Notes under the pieces: model-generated
Told to the model about the DNA's origin: nothing
The model's input: the letters and a program-made list of their open reading frames with translations, nothing else
Database searches by the model: none
Shown: piece by piece, positions 18,005 to 27,682 of the stretch
Layout of the letters: every line of letters starts with the position of its first letter
Position numbering within the stretch: the first letter of the stretch is position 1
Position numbers and translations under genes: made by a program
Origin: Bacteroidota bacterium
GTDB lineage: Bacteria > Bacteroidota > Bacteroidia > Chitinophagales > Chitinophagaceae
Reading direction: 5' to 3'
Assembly: GCA_037129215.1 (NCBI GenBank)
Contig: JBAXVH010000001.1
Location: 1-44,468, forward strand
DNA: 44,468 nucleotides

Positions 18005-19288
18005 ATGAGCAAAATAATAGGCGAACCAATATTTTCTGCATTTGATAACAATGGAGATCCTTTAAATGGGGGTTTTGTATATAGTTATTCCGCAGGATCT
18101 TCTACACCATTAGCAACCTATCCTACATTAACAGATGCGGCTAATTCTACAAACGCCAATAGTAATCCTGTACAATTAAATAGTAGAGGTGAAGCTAATA
18201 TTATTATTAAAGGATCTACTAAATTAATATTAAAAGATGCGTTGTTAAATACTATATGGACTGTAGATAATATTGCTGATGTTACATCTAATTCCTTTTC
18301 GGAAATTGTTGATGTCAATGGCAACCCAATTATTACTTTTACAGCAGTTGCTAGTGCTATTAATCGATTAGAAATTAGAAATAGTACAACAACAAATCCT
18401 CCTGTAGTTACAGTTACGGGTACAGATACTAATATTGGTCTTCAAGTTACAACTAAAGGCTCAGGAGTATTAGCTGTAACAGGTGCTACTACTGTAACTG
18501 GAAACACTACTATAACAGGCAATACTACTGTAACAGGCACTATACAAGCTACTGGTGCTATTTCTACAGCAAGTAATTTAACTGTAACAGGCAATGTAAT
18601 TATTACAGATCATTTAGTTGGTTCATTATCTGGTGGCACATCTTTACCATTGGCTACTGGTGTCACAGGGAATTTAGCCGTTAGTAATTTAAATAGCGGT
18701 ACATCTGCCTCTGCTTCTACATTTTGGAGGGGGGACGGTACATGGGCATCAGCCACTACAGGTAGTCTAGTATTATTAACATCTGCTTCAGCATCTAGTC
18801 AAGCCACAGTAGATTTTACAAGTTTAAGTTTATCTACTTATAGTGCACTTAGAATTATTGGTACTCAGATAAAACCTGTTAATAATAATGTTACATTATC
18901 TATGAGATATTCTACAGCAGGAACTTTTGATACAGGAAGTAATTATAAATCTTCTTTATTTAGAAATACTGATGTTGCCAGTGGTTTATCAGGAAGTACC
19001 GCTGGAACTACATCTATAGCTATTAATTCCACTAGTGATCCATTAGGAAATAGTACTTATAATACTCTTAACTTTGATTTATTACTTTATAATCCTGCAA
19101 ATACTGTACAATATCATATGGCCACTTGGCATGCAGTATATTATTCTCAATCTAGTGCTTTACTTAGTGCACCAGGTTCTGCATTATATACTGCCTCAGT
19201 AACCGCAATAGATGGAGTAAGATTTTTTATGGATAGTGGAAATATATCTACAGGACTATTTTATGTCTATGGAATTAGAAATACTTAA
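18005..19288 (+). CDS. Tail fibre protein 2
   Basis: N-terminal [27 protein letters not shown] fibre-type motif, VTGNTT repeats, C-terminal domain paralogous to fibre 1 (ends [20 protein letters not shown] versus GFRLLMSSGNIASGTVYLYG). Confidence 0.7.
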   Translation: MSKIIGEPIFSAFDNNGDPLNGGFVYSYSAGSSTPLATYPTLTDAANSTNANSNPVQLNSRGEANIIIKGSTKLILKDALLNTIWTVDNIADVTSNSFSEIVDVNGNPIITFTAVASAINRLEIRNSTTTNPPVVTVTGTDTNIGLQVTTKGSGVLAVTGATTVTGNTTITGNTTVTGTIQATGAISTASNLTVTGNVIITDHLVGSLSGGTSLPLATGVTGNLAVSNLNSGTSASASTFWRGDGTWASATTGSLVLLTSASASSQATVDFTSLSLSTYSALRIIGTQIKPVNNNVTLSMRYSTAGTFDTGSNYKSSLFRNTDVASGLSGSTAGTTSIAINSTSDPLGNSTYNTLNFDLLLYNPANTVQYHMATWHAVYYSQSSALLSAPGSALYTASVTAIDGVRFFMDSGNISTGLFYVYGIRNT

Positions 19289-19302
19289 TTATATGATATA
19301 AT
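19275..19302 (+). promoter_or_regulatory. Putative promoter TTAGAA-N16-TGaTATAAT that would give a leaderless mRNA for 19309..19812
   Basis: The -10 is at 19297-19302 and the ATG at 19309 sits at the expected transcription start. There is no SD. Architecture matches the promoter at 1997..2024. Confidence 0.4.
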
Positions 19303-19308
19303 AGCTAT

Positions 19309-19812
19309 ATGAAATTTGCTTTTAAAACCATAGACAATGTAAAAGCAGCACAATTTTTTTTAGAAGATCCTCTCCTATGCTTTATGGCACTAGGAGATGA
19401 AGCCCTAAAAGACTTTGATAATAATAGAGGATATAACCCTGCCCCATGTACAATAACAGGGATTTATCATAAAAATAAATTAATTTGTATAGTACAAGCA
19501 ACATTATTTACGGAAAGTACTGTATCACTTCATTTATATTTAAAAAGTAATTTACACCATAGTGGTATATTAAAACCTTTACATATAGAATATGGTAAAT
19601 ATTTACAAAAATATTATCCAAATCTTAAAAAAGTTATGATAATTAGCCCTACACCTTGTAAACATGTACATGATGCTATAAAAGGATTGGGATTTAAACA
19701 AGAGGGTTGTTTAACTAAATCAATGATTTGGAGAGGACAATTGGTGGATTTACTTATTTTTGGTCGAGAATTACTTCCAAAAGTAGAAAATAAATTATTA
19801 ATAGGTAATTAA
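19309..19812 (+). CDS. Hypothetical protein, weakly GNAT-acetyltransferase-like (moron-like insert in the late operon)
   Basis: 167 aa. The C-terminal GFKQEGCLTKSMIWRGQLVDLLIFGRE resembles GNAT C-termini. The acetyl-CoA motif is not clear. Confidence 0.3.
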   Translation: MKFAFKTIDNVKAAQFFLEDPLLCFMALGDEALKDFDNNRGYNPAPCTITGIYHKNKLICIVQATLFTESTVSLHLYLKSNLHHSGILKPLHIEYGKYLQKYYPNLKKVMIISPTPCKHVHDAIKGLGFKQEGCLTKSMIWRGQLVDLLIFGRELLPKVENKLLIGN

Positions 19813-19814
19813 CA

Positions 19815-21236
19815 ATGGCAAGTACTACACAATCTGCATCAGGCTTAGCAGGATCAACTAATGTTGCTAATGCTGGACCTAACTTAGTTTATAGTCAAGG
19901 CGGTGGTAAAACTAAAGAAGCAAAAGCCTTAAATTCTGCTATTCAAATAAATCCAAATAATATGGTAGATTTGTTAAAATCAGGACAACAAGCACAACAA
20001 CAATATTATCAACAAGGACTACAATATTATACACAGGCTGTAAATACAGCTTCTCAGCAAATACAACAAAGTTATAATACAGCTAATGCTACATTACAAC
20101 CTATTTCTATAGCTGGGCAACAAGCCATGGCAGAACAAATGAAAATGTTGGGATTACAACCTATTTCCCTTACTTCTAGTTATGCTAACAGACTTAATGG
20201 AATTGGGGTTAGTAATACTACCGATTTACAAAATCAAATTCAATCTGCTGAAAACCTTACAGATCCAGCAGCTCGTGCTGCGGCTAAACAAGATATTATT
20301 TCAAAACTTAATACTTTAAATACCCCTTTTGATTTAGCAGGAAAGAAAGCGGCCCTAGTTGCTCCTGATGAGCATCAATTAGCTTTACAGAATGTAAGAA
20401 ATCAATATAATGCTGGACAACCATTTAGTCAAGAAGAAGCTTATTTATCTGACAAAAACATTGGGTTCACAGCAAGGAGAGATGCCGCAGCTTCCGCTGT
20501 TAGTATGAAACAAGATTATAATGCTAAAGTAGCTGATTTAGAGACTCAAAATGCTGCAGCTACGCTTACAGGAAATAAACTTCAAGGATTGACTAATGAT
20601 TACAATCAATTCTACAGCCCTGAAAGTCAGAAAGCATATACAGGTGAAGAAGTTGGCGCAAAACTTGCTTCAACTCCAGGATATGAAAATCAATTAGCAT
20701 CAGGAACTGCCGCCATTGCTAGACGAGGGGCTGCTGTTGGAATGTTAAATAGTGGTAATACATTAGCATCTTTACTTGAATATGGCCAAGGATTAGCTGC
20801 TAATACTTTTAGTCAATATATGGGAAATTTAAATTCTATTTCTGGTTTGGGAGCTCAATTTACTAATTCTATAGCTAATAACCAAGTAGGTGAAGGTGCT
20901 GCTCAATCTAGTTTAGCTACAGGTCTTGGTAGTGCTGGTGCACAAACGTATAATAATATTGGTAATTCTATAAATAGTAGTAATGCAGCCCAAGCTAATT
21001 TACTTCAACAAACTGCTCAAGCTAATGCTGCTTTCCAATATAATCAGAAACAAGCTAATTTAGATAGACAACAAGCTGCTAGTAATGCTGCTTTAGGTGC
21101 TACCGCCGGTATAATGAATGCTGGAACTAATGCAGCAGCATGGGGATATAATGTTTATCAAAATCAGCAACAAGCTAATTCTTTTGCTGCTAACTCAGGT
21201 GCATCATTTAGACCGTCTGGCTATTGGCAAGTATAG
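19815..21236 (+). CDS. Putative internal virion or ejection protein (Gln/Asn/Ala-rich)
   Basis: 473 aa, low complexity, first of three large genes at the end of the structural operon. Confidence 0.45.
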   Translation: MASTTQSASGLAGSTNVANAGPNLVYSQGGGKTKEAKALNSAIQINPNNMVDLLKSGQQAQQQYYQQGLQYYTQAVNTASQQIQQSYNTANATLQPISIAGQQAMAEQMKMLGLQPISLTSSYANRLNGIGVSNTTDLQNQIQSAENLTDPAARAAAKQDIISKLNTLNTPFDLAGKKAALVAPDEHQLALQNVRNQYNAGQPFSQEEAYLSDKNIGFTARRDAAASAVSMKQDYNAKVADLETQNAAATLTGNKLQGLTNDYNQFYSPESQKAYTGEEVGAKLASTPGYENQLASGTAAIARRGAAVGMLNSGNTLASLLEYGQGLAANTFSQYMGNLNSISGLGAQFTNSIANNQVGEGAAQSSLATGLGSAGAQTYNNIGNSINSSNAAQANLLQQTAQANAAFQYNQKQANLDRQQAASNAALGATAGIMNAGTNAAAWGYNVYQNQQQANSFAANSGASFRPSGYWQV

Positions 21237-21286
21237 GTGACTTATGTTAAATCAAAATAGAAATTCTTCAGGATGGGTAGTCTAAT

Positions 21287-22780
21287 ATGTTAACAAAAAC
21301 TGATTTACTTAGTACAGATCTTCCTAATGCAGATGCACGAGATGTACAATATCGAGCAACTAATCCTGCTCAACAAGCACCTATAGTTCCTGCTGGCGCT
21401 GATCCATCACTTGGTTGGATGCAGGGGGTCATGGCAGCTAAAGATCTTCAATTTAAACAAAATGAAGATGCTAATAGAAAAGGAATGTTAGATATTGCAC
21501 AACATGGCGATATCAGAGAAGAACGTGTTTCTATGCACGGAGCAGAGTCTTTTGATTGGAAAAGACAAGATAGAGCCCAAGAACAATTTATTCAACAAGG
21601 AATGGCAACATCATTCCAACAAGGTGGTTATGAAGGAGTTATAGATTTCTTAGGGGCTAATGATCCTCAAAGAGCTATGGATTTTACTAAACAAAAATTA
21701 GAACTTGATGCTAGTATTATGGGCAATAAAGTAATGCAATCTTTAGTACCAAGTAAACAAGCAGAAGCTATGGTAGAAGGTTATAATGTAATAGGTAAAA
21801 TGGGGCAGTCATTATTAAATGCTCCTGAACAAGATAGAAGTGGTATGTATCAACATATGTTACCTATTATTAAAACTATTAATCCTAACGCGTCTGATGG
21901 ATTAGATTCTAATGCAATTAATATGTTTATGTTAGCTGCTGGACAAGCTATGCCAGAGAGTCAATTATTTGGTGCTCAGAGAGCTCAATTAACTTCTGAA
22001 TCTGCTATGGGTAAACTAGATATTGATATTCGATCTAGATTGCAGAATGGTGAGACTATGGAAAATAGTCCATCACTTAGAGGAATGATTTCTGAATATA
22101 AACAGCATGAAGTTAATGCTGACTATAATAAGGAAAAATTAGACAGTATACAATATAAAAATATGATGGTTAATGCTGGACAAGCAAAAGACCAAGCACA
22201 AGCTAATGCAGCTAAATATCAAATTACTTCTAATATGAATTCTAAATTACAAGCTGAAAGTAAGAGATTTATAGAACTACAAGACCAAAAGAATACATTT
22301 GAAGGTGCTATGGATGCTATCGCTAGTGGTGGTGGTGGTGCTGCGCAAACAGCTGCTTATAGAAATGTCGCTATGATGTTTAATAAAGGCGCACTATCTG
22401 AACCTGACGTTGCTGCATTTGCTAATAGTGATAATACTGTTGCAGTTGCCAGAAAGAAATTAGAAAGTGTATATAGCCCTAACGGTATTCAAGCATTAAA
22501 CCCTACAGAAATTCAAAGACTTAGAATATTAGTTGATAAAGTATATGAAAGAGCTTCTATTAAGCAACAAACTATAAATGATAGGTATAAAGGAATGGCA
22601 CAGAAATTTGGTGTTGATGAAAAAGATTTGTCAATATATGATCCTTCTTCTCCTAATGACTGGATGCAACCTAATGTCCCACCAGATATTGCTGAACAGG
22701 CTCGTGCTGCTGTAGCAGCGGGCGCTAGTAAAGCTGCTGTAAATCAGAGAGTTAAAGAATTACTAAAAGGAAATCAATAA
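21287..22780 (+). CDS. Putative internal virion or ejection protein
   Basis: 497 aa, helical and charged. Call rests on position. Confidence 0.45.
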   Translation: MLTKTDLLSTDLPNADARDVQYRATNPAQQAPIVPAGADPSLGWMQGVMAAKDLQFKQNEDANRKGMLDIAQHGDIREERVSMHGAESFDWKRQDRAQEQFIQQGMATSFQQGGYEGVIDFLGANDPQRAMDFTKQKLELDASIMGNKVMQSLVPSKQAEAMVEGYNVIGKMGQSLLNAPEQDRSGMYQHMLPIIKTINPNASDGLDSNAINMFMLAAGQAMPESQLFGAQRAQLTSESAMGKLDIDIRSRLQNGETMENSPSLRGMISEYKQHEVNADYNKEKLDSIQYKNMMVNAGQAKDQAQANAAKYQITSNMNSKLQAESKRFIELQDQKNTFEGAMDAIASGGGGAAQTAAYRNVAMMFNKGALSEPDVAAFANSDNTVAVARKKLESVYSPNGIQALNPTEIQRLRILVDKVYERASIKQQTINDRYKGMAQKFGVDEKDLSIYDPSSPNDWMQPNVPPDIAEQARAAVAAGASKAAVNQRVKELLKGNQ

Positions 22781-24621
22781 TGGGTTCTTTTGATGATTTA
22801 ATTCCTAAACAGCCAGATACAAGTTCTCCTGAAGTTAACACTACTCCAGATAATTCTGTTGCTTCGCCTAAAAATCAATTTCAAGATTTAGTTCCTAAAC
22901 AAGAAGCACAACAAGAGCCAGTACATAATAGTGCTTTTATGTCTGCTATAGACGGCTGGAATAGGGCTTTTGGTAGAACTGCTGAAGGCGGATTACAATT
23001 ATTATCTAATTATCTCCCAGATAAATTTAATAAAGCTGTTACACAATTGAATCAACAAAAAGAAAGAGAATATGCCCAAGATCTTATAGATCATCCAGTA
23101 GCTTCAAAAATAGGGGAGTTTTCAGGATATATTGGACAAGAGGCCTTATTACCAGTAGCTAAAGCTAATCTTGCTACTAAAATAGCATCTTATGCTGCTA
23201 CAGGTGGAACTTTAATGGGGAGTCAATATGGATCTCCAGAACAAAGACAAGAAAGAGGCTTATATGGGGCTGCAATGTCTGGCGTATTTGGGGCTGCAGG
23301 TGAACTAGGCTGGATGGGTGCTAAATCCTTATTAAATTCCACGGCTGAATCTTCTCCAGGTTTATTAAGGAAATTATTCAAACCAGAAGATGCTGCCACA
23401 CAGGAAATTGCTTCTAATATTAGTAATACAACTAATTTAAACAATACGTTAGTTAGAGGACAAGCTGCTGACAGAGTCGGTGTAACATTAACTCCAGGAG
23501 AAACTGTGGGAGGTAATATATTACCTCAGGCAGAGAAAGGATATTTAGTTTCTCAACAAAGTAAACTAGAAGCAGCTAAATATTTAAATGACAGATCTAG
23601 TGTATTAAAAACAAAAGTTAAAGACCTTATAGATAATTTTGTTCCTGAAGGTGATGAAGTAGCTAAAACAACTAAAGCTAAAATGTATGAAGACTTAGCA
23701 CCCTTACAAGCTACTCCTCAAACATCAGAAGCTTTATTAAGTCATCCTGTAATTTCTAATGAACTTCAAGCACTAAATAAAAATCCTTTGATGCCTCAAG
23801 CTTTAAAAGAAATGCCTGATAACAGCGTATTAAAACTTGATGCCGTAAAAAAAGAGATTGATAGTCAATTATATAATAATAAAACATTTTTAAATGGAAA
23901 TGAAAAAACAATATCAGCTTCTGAAAAATCTGTTTTACAAGATGCTAGAGCACAGATTGTTGATAGATTAGATAGTGAATATCCTCAATATGCTCAAGCT
24001 AGGAAAATAGCTGAAAGACTTACATTAAAGAGTCAGATTAATAAAGAATTAGGAATGATTAAACCAGAACCTAGAGCTATAAATGGTGAGGTTACTTTAG
24101 ATCAGATGTATAATAAATTATGGAGCACTCCTGAAAAACAATCTAGATTTATAGAAGCTGTTAAACGTACCGGTGGTAATGACTATCAAGCTTCTGATGT
24201 AATACAAGTATTAAATCAGATTAGACAATCGCCTTTAGAATCATTGCTTAAAGCAAAACCAGAAGGCGTTAATGCAGGTACTTCTATAAGAGGAAATCTT
24301 ATGAATGGATCTGCGACTATCTTTAGTCGTCTTTCAAGTTTCGTAGATGATCTTACACTAGGTAGATATAATAAAGCATTGGTTGATTTAACAATTAATG
24401 GGAAATGGAAACCGGACGTTGCTAAATTAATGTCTAAACCAAATGAACAAACATTATTAATGACATTTAAAAAAGTTTTAGATAAAGTATCTATTGCTGG
24501 TCCTGGTATGTCTGCAAGACGTGTTGCTCATATATTTGATGGTAGTGGTCCACAAGGTTTTACAGATACTTATTTAGCACCGCCAGGTGATTCTTATTTA
24601 GACGACAAGTCTAAAAAGTAG
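22780..24621 (+). CDS. Putative internal virion or ejection protein
   Basis: 613 aa. ATAATG overlap with the upstream gene. Last gene of the rightward operon. Confidence 0.45.
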   Translation: MGSFDDLIPKQPDTSSPEVNTTPDNSVASPKNQFQDLVPKQEAQQEPVHNSAFMSAIDGWNRAFGRTAEGGLQLLSNYLPDKFNKAVTQLNQQKEREYAQDLIDHPVASKIGEFSGYIGQEALLPVAKANLATKIASYAATGGTLMGSQYGSPEQRQERGLYGAAMSGVFGAAGELGWMGAKSLLNSTAESSPGLLRKLFKPEDAATQEIASNISNTTNLNNTLVRGQAADRVGVTLTPGETVGGNILPQAEKGYLVSQQSKLEAAKYLNDRSSVLKTKVKDLIDNFVPEGDEVAKTTKAKMYEDLAPLQATPQTSEALLSHPVISNELQALNKNPLMPQALKEMPDNSVLKLDAVKKEIDSQLYNNKTFLNGNEKTISASEKSVLQDARAQIVDRLDSEYPQYAQARKIAERLTLKSQINKELGMIKPEPRAINGEVTLDQMYNKLWSTPEKQSRFIEAVKRTGGNDYQASDVIQVLNQIRQSPLESLLKAKPEGVNAGTSIRGNLMNGSATIFSRLSSFVDDLTLGRYNKALVDLTINGKWKPDVAKLMSKPNEQTLLMTFKKVLDKVSIAGPGMSARRVAHIFDGSGPQGFTDTYLAPPGDSYLDDKSKK

Positions 24622-24727
24622 TTTCATTATAAACGCACCAGATAACAAGTGCTGCAGTTAAGAAACCTAGTCCCGCTAATGGGACTAGGACACCAATACC
24701 TAAAGCTATCATCATTACAGTTGGCAT
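24611..24727 (-). CDS. Possible 38-aa hydrophobic peptide (MPTVMMIALGIGVLVPLAGLGFLTAALVIWCVYNETTF)
   Basis: AAGGA RBS 7 nt upstream, 3 nt after the ClpX-like stop. However, its centre is also the 9-bp terminator hairpin, so the ORF may be fortuitous. Confidence 0.25.
   Translation of the reverse strand: MPTVMMIALGIGVLVPLAGLGFLTAALVIWCVYNETTF
24660..24692. terminator. Convergence-point hairpin terminator (CCTAGTCCC-gctaat-GGGACTAGG)
   Basis: Perfect 9-bp stem at 24666-24674/24681-24689, between the last + gene and the last - gene. A TTTCTT run follows on the minus strand. Confidence 0.6.
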
Positions 24728-24730
24728 AGT

Positions 24731-25744
24731 TTAGTCCTTTTTATTTGCAATCAAGTCTTTAAGTTCTGCTTCAAAGATTCTAGATTTTGGTTTTGGTTTT
24801 GGTGCTACAACCTCCCATTCGTAATCAAATTCTATTTCTTGAGCCAATTTCAAGACTTCTTTCCTAAGTATTCTAACACCCATCTTAGATTTTACAGCTT
24901 TATTAATTATATCCTCTTCTTCTTTAACAGACAAGGTGAAGTTTGGGCAATTAAAATGTTTCAATTCTTTTCTCATATTTGGAAGAATAAGAGTTCTCAA
25001 TATCTTCTTATAATCAGCCTTTTCCAATTTGTCAAGAGGTACGATATTATGAATACGACCTACTAATTCCGGAAGTAGTCCATATTTAATAACTTCTTGT
25101 TCCAAATCAAATTCATTATTTACTTCATGTACTTCTGTTTTAAAGCCAATAGATCTTTTATTACTTTCTTTACTAAGAGTCATTTTATCAAATGCGCCGG
25201 CAAAGATAAATGAAAGATTGGCCAATTCAGTAGTGTTCTCAAACAGAGATAGAAACCCTGCTTGTACATGTTGGTTCCAACTACCAGTGCTGTCGAATGC
25301 TTTGGCTAGTTTATCTACTTCATCGATAAACACAACCATTTGATCTAGAGCACCATCTTTAGAAAAGTATATTTCTGGCTTTTCTTCTACCAACCTAGAC
25401 GCTTCTTTTTTAAGAGTTTTAATCAGTCTATCAACACTAAATCCATCAGACGCGTTAGTAGGTGCTAATTGGTTGGCATCTATACAAACCAAAGGAAAAT
25501 CACAAATCTTAGACAAAGATTGAACCAAATGGGTTTTACCTGTACCACTATTACCAATCAATAGACAGTTAACATTCTTAACTAAATCGTCCTGAGCTAC
25601 AGGTGTTTCAGCATGCCATATTTGGTGATAACGCATCTTAGAACGATTGACTAGTGTAATCAAAGCCATTTTAGCTGCTTTGTGTCCATATACCACTTGG
25701 TCTAGTTCTTTAAGAATAGTCTCGTTACTTCTAGAGTACAGCAT
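24731..25744 (-). CDS. ClpX-like AAA+ unfoldase lacking the N-terminal zinc-binding domain
   Basis: Walker A GNSGTGKT, Walker B VVFIDEVDK, sensor-1 FIFAGAF, IGF loop RSIGFKT, LLPELVGRI (Arg finger block), MGVRILRKEV (sensor-2 region). ATG at 25744 has an AAGGAA RBS; the track start 25783 is less likely. Confidence 0.8.
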   Translation of the reverse strand: MLYSRSNETILKELDQVVYGHKAAKMALITLVNRSKMRYHQIWHAETPVAQDDLVKNVNCLLIGNSGTGKTHLVQSLSKICDFPLVCIDANQLAPTNASDGFSVDRLIKTLKKEASRLVEEKPEIYFSKDGALDQMVVFIDEVDKLAKAFDSTGSWNQHVQAGFLSLFENTTELANLSFIFAGAFDKMTLSKESNKRSIGFKTEVHEVNNEFDLEQEVIKYGLLPELVGRIHNIVPLDKLEKADYKKILRTLILPNMRKELKHFNCPNFTLSVKEEEDIINKAVKSKMGVRILRKEVLKLAQEIEFDYEWEVVAPKPKPKSRIFEAELKDLIANKKD

Positions 25745-25799
25745 ATCATTTCCTTTTGTTGTATATATTATATATAATAACATATATTTGGAAGAATTG

Positions 25800-26615
25800 C
25801 TAGATGATTTTTAACTCTTTCAAGCGTTTTTTACATGAGCGGAGTTTGTTGAATTGATCAAAAGTATTAATGCCATAACTAAGTGAATCAGAAAGCGTCC
25901 CCATTGTGCTATTAGCCTGCATTAGATGGCCCAGGGTCATCGTTGTACTAAAGTACTCTGGTGCTATGATGAGCAAGGGGATAATCACGCCGAGTTGTCC
26001 GTAGAAGCTCTGGAAGTACTGTAGATGCTTGAGTTTCTTCGCTAGTTTTAGTTGAATGTCAATACATTTACGAAAATTTAATTTTGTCAAGGAATTTCTA
26101 TATGTAGCTTCTAGCATTTGATTTTTATAATTAAGGTGGACTAATGGTGCCCCAATATAATGAGCAATGACAGTGGATAGAATACTATAACCTATTATCC
26201 ATATTAGCCACACAGAATTAAAGTTGAATATGATTGATAAAGAGAATAAGAGAACATACAGGAAAGCCTTAAAAGCACCGCCGCCTAATACAATACATAA
26301 GTTAGGGTAGTCAAAACAATCAGCTTGAATTCTTTGAGAAACGTTTTCTATTTTTGATGTCTTAAATTTATTAGCTAAAGCGCTAAGTTTCTCTCTCCAA
26401 GAAATAGCTGCTCTTGTTCCAAAATAAACACTGGAGGATGTTACAAAACAAAGAACTAGGGTTAATACGGCAAATATACCTAAATAAAAAAAGAATCCAT
26501 GAATATCTTTAGTAGATATTGCATTCCAGAAATGTTCTCTCCAGAATGTCAAGCCTAAGACTAATAATACTTCTAATATATTTACTAGTCCTAGGGCAGT
26601 GAGCCATTTTATCAT
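25800..26615 (-). CDS. Polytopic membrane protein resembling SbmA/BacA-ABCD-type transporter transmembrane domains (short form, no NBD)
   Basis: 271 aa with about 5-6 hydrophobic helices. Blocks ISWREKL, VSQRIQADCFDY, LNYKNQMLEATYRNSL and TMTLGHLMQANSTMGTL...KLRSCKKRLKELK resemble conserved SbmA/BacA blocks as remembered. ATGA-type overlap with the upstream 75-aa gene. Confidence 0.5.
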   Translation of the reverse strand: MIKWLTALGLVNILEVLLVLGLTFWREHFWNAISTKDIHGFFFYLGIFAVLTLVLCFVTSSSVYFGTRAAISWREKLSALANKFKTSKIENVSQRIQADCFDYPNLCIVLGGGAFKAFLYVLLFSLSIIFNFNSVWLIWIIGYSILSTVIAHYIGAPLVHLNYKNQMLEATYRNSLTKLNFRKCIDIQLKLAKKLKHLQYFQSFYGQLGVIIPLLIIAPEYFSTTMTLGHLMQANSTMGTLSDSLSYGINTFDQFNKLRSCKKRLKELKII

Positions 26616-26839
26616 TTGCAGATCCCGACTAATCGTTCGTGCTCTAATTTAGCAATACAATTTAATACACCTTGTTCAAGTCCCTGAGTATAAATATACT
26701 GTAATTGGTCAGAAAGAATCTTTTCACCCTCACTAATAGATGAAGCTGTTTTAATGTCGTCAACTAATGATTCTGCCATTAAATCGAAATAAAAATTCTT
26801 TGATCCTGCCATTAAATCGTAATTTAAATCCTGTTTCAT
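26612..26839 (-). CDS. Hypothetical protein (75 aa) with an internal YDLMAGS/FDLMAES repeat
   Basis: AAGGAG-like RBS (aataaggagtgcttatATG). Overlaps the start of the membrane-protein gene. Confidence 0.55.
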   Translation of the reverse strand: MKQDLNYDLMAGSKNFYFDLMAESLVDDIKTASSISEGEKILSDQLQYIYTQGLEQGVLNCIAKLEHERLVGICK

Positions 26840-26900
26840 ATAAGCACTCCTTATTTATTGACTTTACGGCAGTCTTCACTGCAATACCATAAGTCATTGA

Positions 26901-27119
26901 CTAGTTAACATCCTCTTGTTTACTAATAAATTGTCTATCGTATAATTCTAGTGTGTGTGCTAAATGGTCTATCGTTTGTAAAGCATTAGCAAGTAATATA
27001 GCTTTACCATTTAGAATATCTGCCTTATTATCTGTTACTTCTTCTTGGTAGTAATCTTTAAGTCTTTTTTTGAGTAGTACTACTTCAAATAATATGTAGT
27101 CATAGTTTTCATTATACAT
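26901..27119 (-). CDS. Hypothetical protein (72 aa), first gene of the accessory cassette
   Basis: AGGAG RBS and a consensus promoter directly upstream. Confidence 0.6.
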   Translation of the reverse strand: MYNENYDYILFEVVLLKKRLKDYYQEEVTDNKADILNGKAILLANALQTIDHLAHTLELYDRQFISKQEDVN

Positions 27120-27137
27120 AAATATCTCCTTTTTCTC

Positions 27138-27166
27138 ATTATAATATATTTATAACTATTTGTCAA
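27138..27166 (-). promoter_or_regulatory. Sigma70-type promoter TTGACA-N17-TATAAT
   Basis: The reverse complement reads TTGACAaatagttataaatatatTATAAT. It precedes the RBS and ATG of 26901..27119. Confidence 0.65.
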
Positions 27167-27365
27167 TAACCAATTCTAGTGTGCTATATGCTTTATATAT
27201 AAATGATATGGCAGCTTTTAATGCAAATTTATCTTCAATACTAAGTATCGGAGCACAAGCTAAATACCCTAATTGTCCATTTAACGATTTTAATGAATCT
27301 CGCACAGACTTAATTGAAATGTCATCCTTAATTTCTTCTTCTTTTTTATATAATAAGAAAGTCAT
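27156..27365 (-). CDS. Hypothetical protein (69 aa)
   Basis: ATGA overlap with the upstream gene. Co-oriented small ORF. Confidence 0.5.
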   Translation of the reverse strand: MTFLLYKKEEEIKDDISIKSVRDSLKSLNGQLGYLACAPILSIEDKFALKAAISFIYKAYSTLELVIDK

Positions 27366-27682
27366 ATTAATCCTTCTCCCAACATAGAAAACATAATATA
27401 TTTATCTAACTGATCGCTAAGCCTAGTTTTTAATATAGATTCTAAATTATGATTATTTAGTTTTAAAGAACCAGGATTTTGTATATTTAGTACTAAACCA
27501 AATATCATGTAGCTGTTAATTTTATGAAGGAGCATGGAACCCGCACATGTTATTAATTGGTCGTATGTGTATATAACGCCCCTTCTCTTTTTTAGTTTGT
27601 ATATAGATGAAGGCAGGCATCTAACAGTAAGTTCTTCACGACCCCCTGCCTTGATTTCTACTACATAATACAGCTTAGTCAT
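27362..27682 (-). CDS. Hypothetical protein (106 aa)
   Basis: Start overlaps the stop of the exonuclease gene (translational coupling). Confidence 0.55.
   Translation of the reverse strand: MTKLYYVVEIKAGGREELTVRCLPSSIYKLKKRRGVIYTYDQLITCAGSMLLHKINSYMIFGLVLNIQNPGSLKLNNHNLESILKTRLSDQLDKYIMFSMLGEGLI

Noticed and set aside
13395-19288. Diversity-generating retroelement acting on the paralogous fibre tips
   Set aside because: There is no reverse transcriptase gene. The two C-terminal domains have low nucleotide identity, with no template/variable-repeat pattern.
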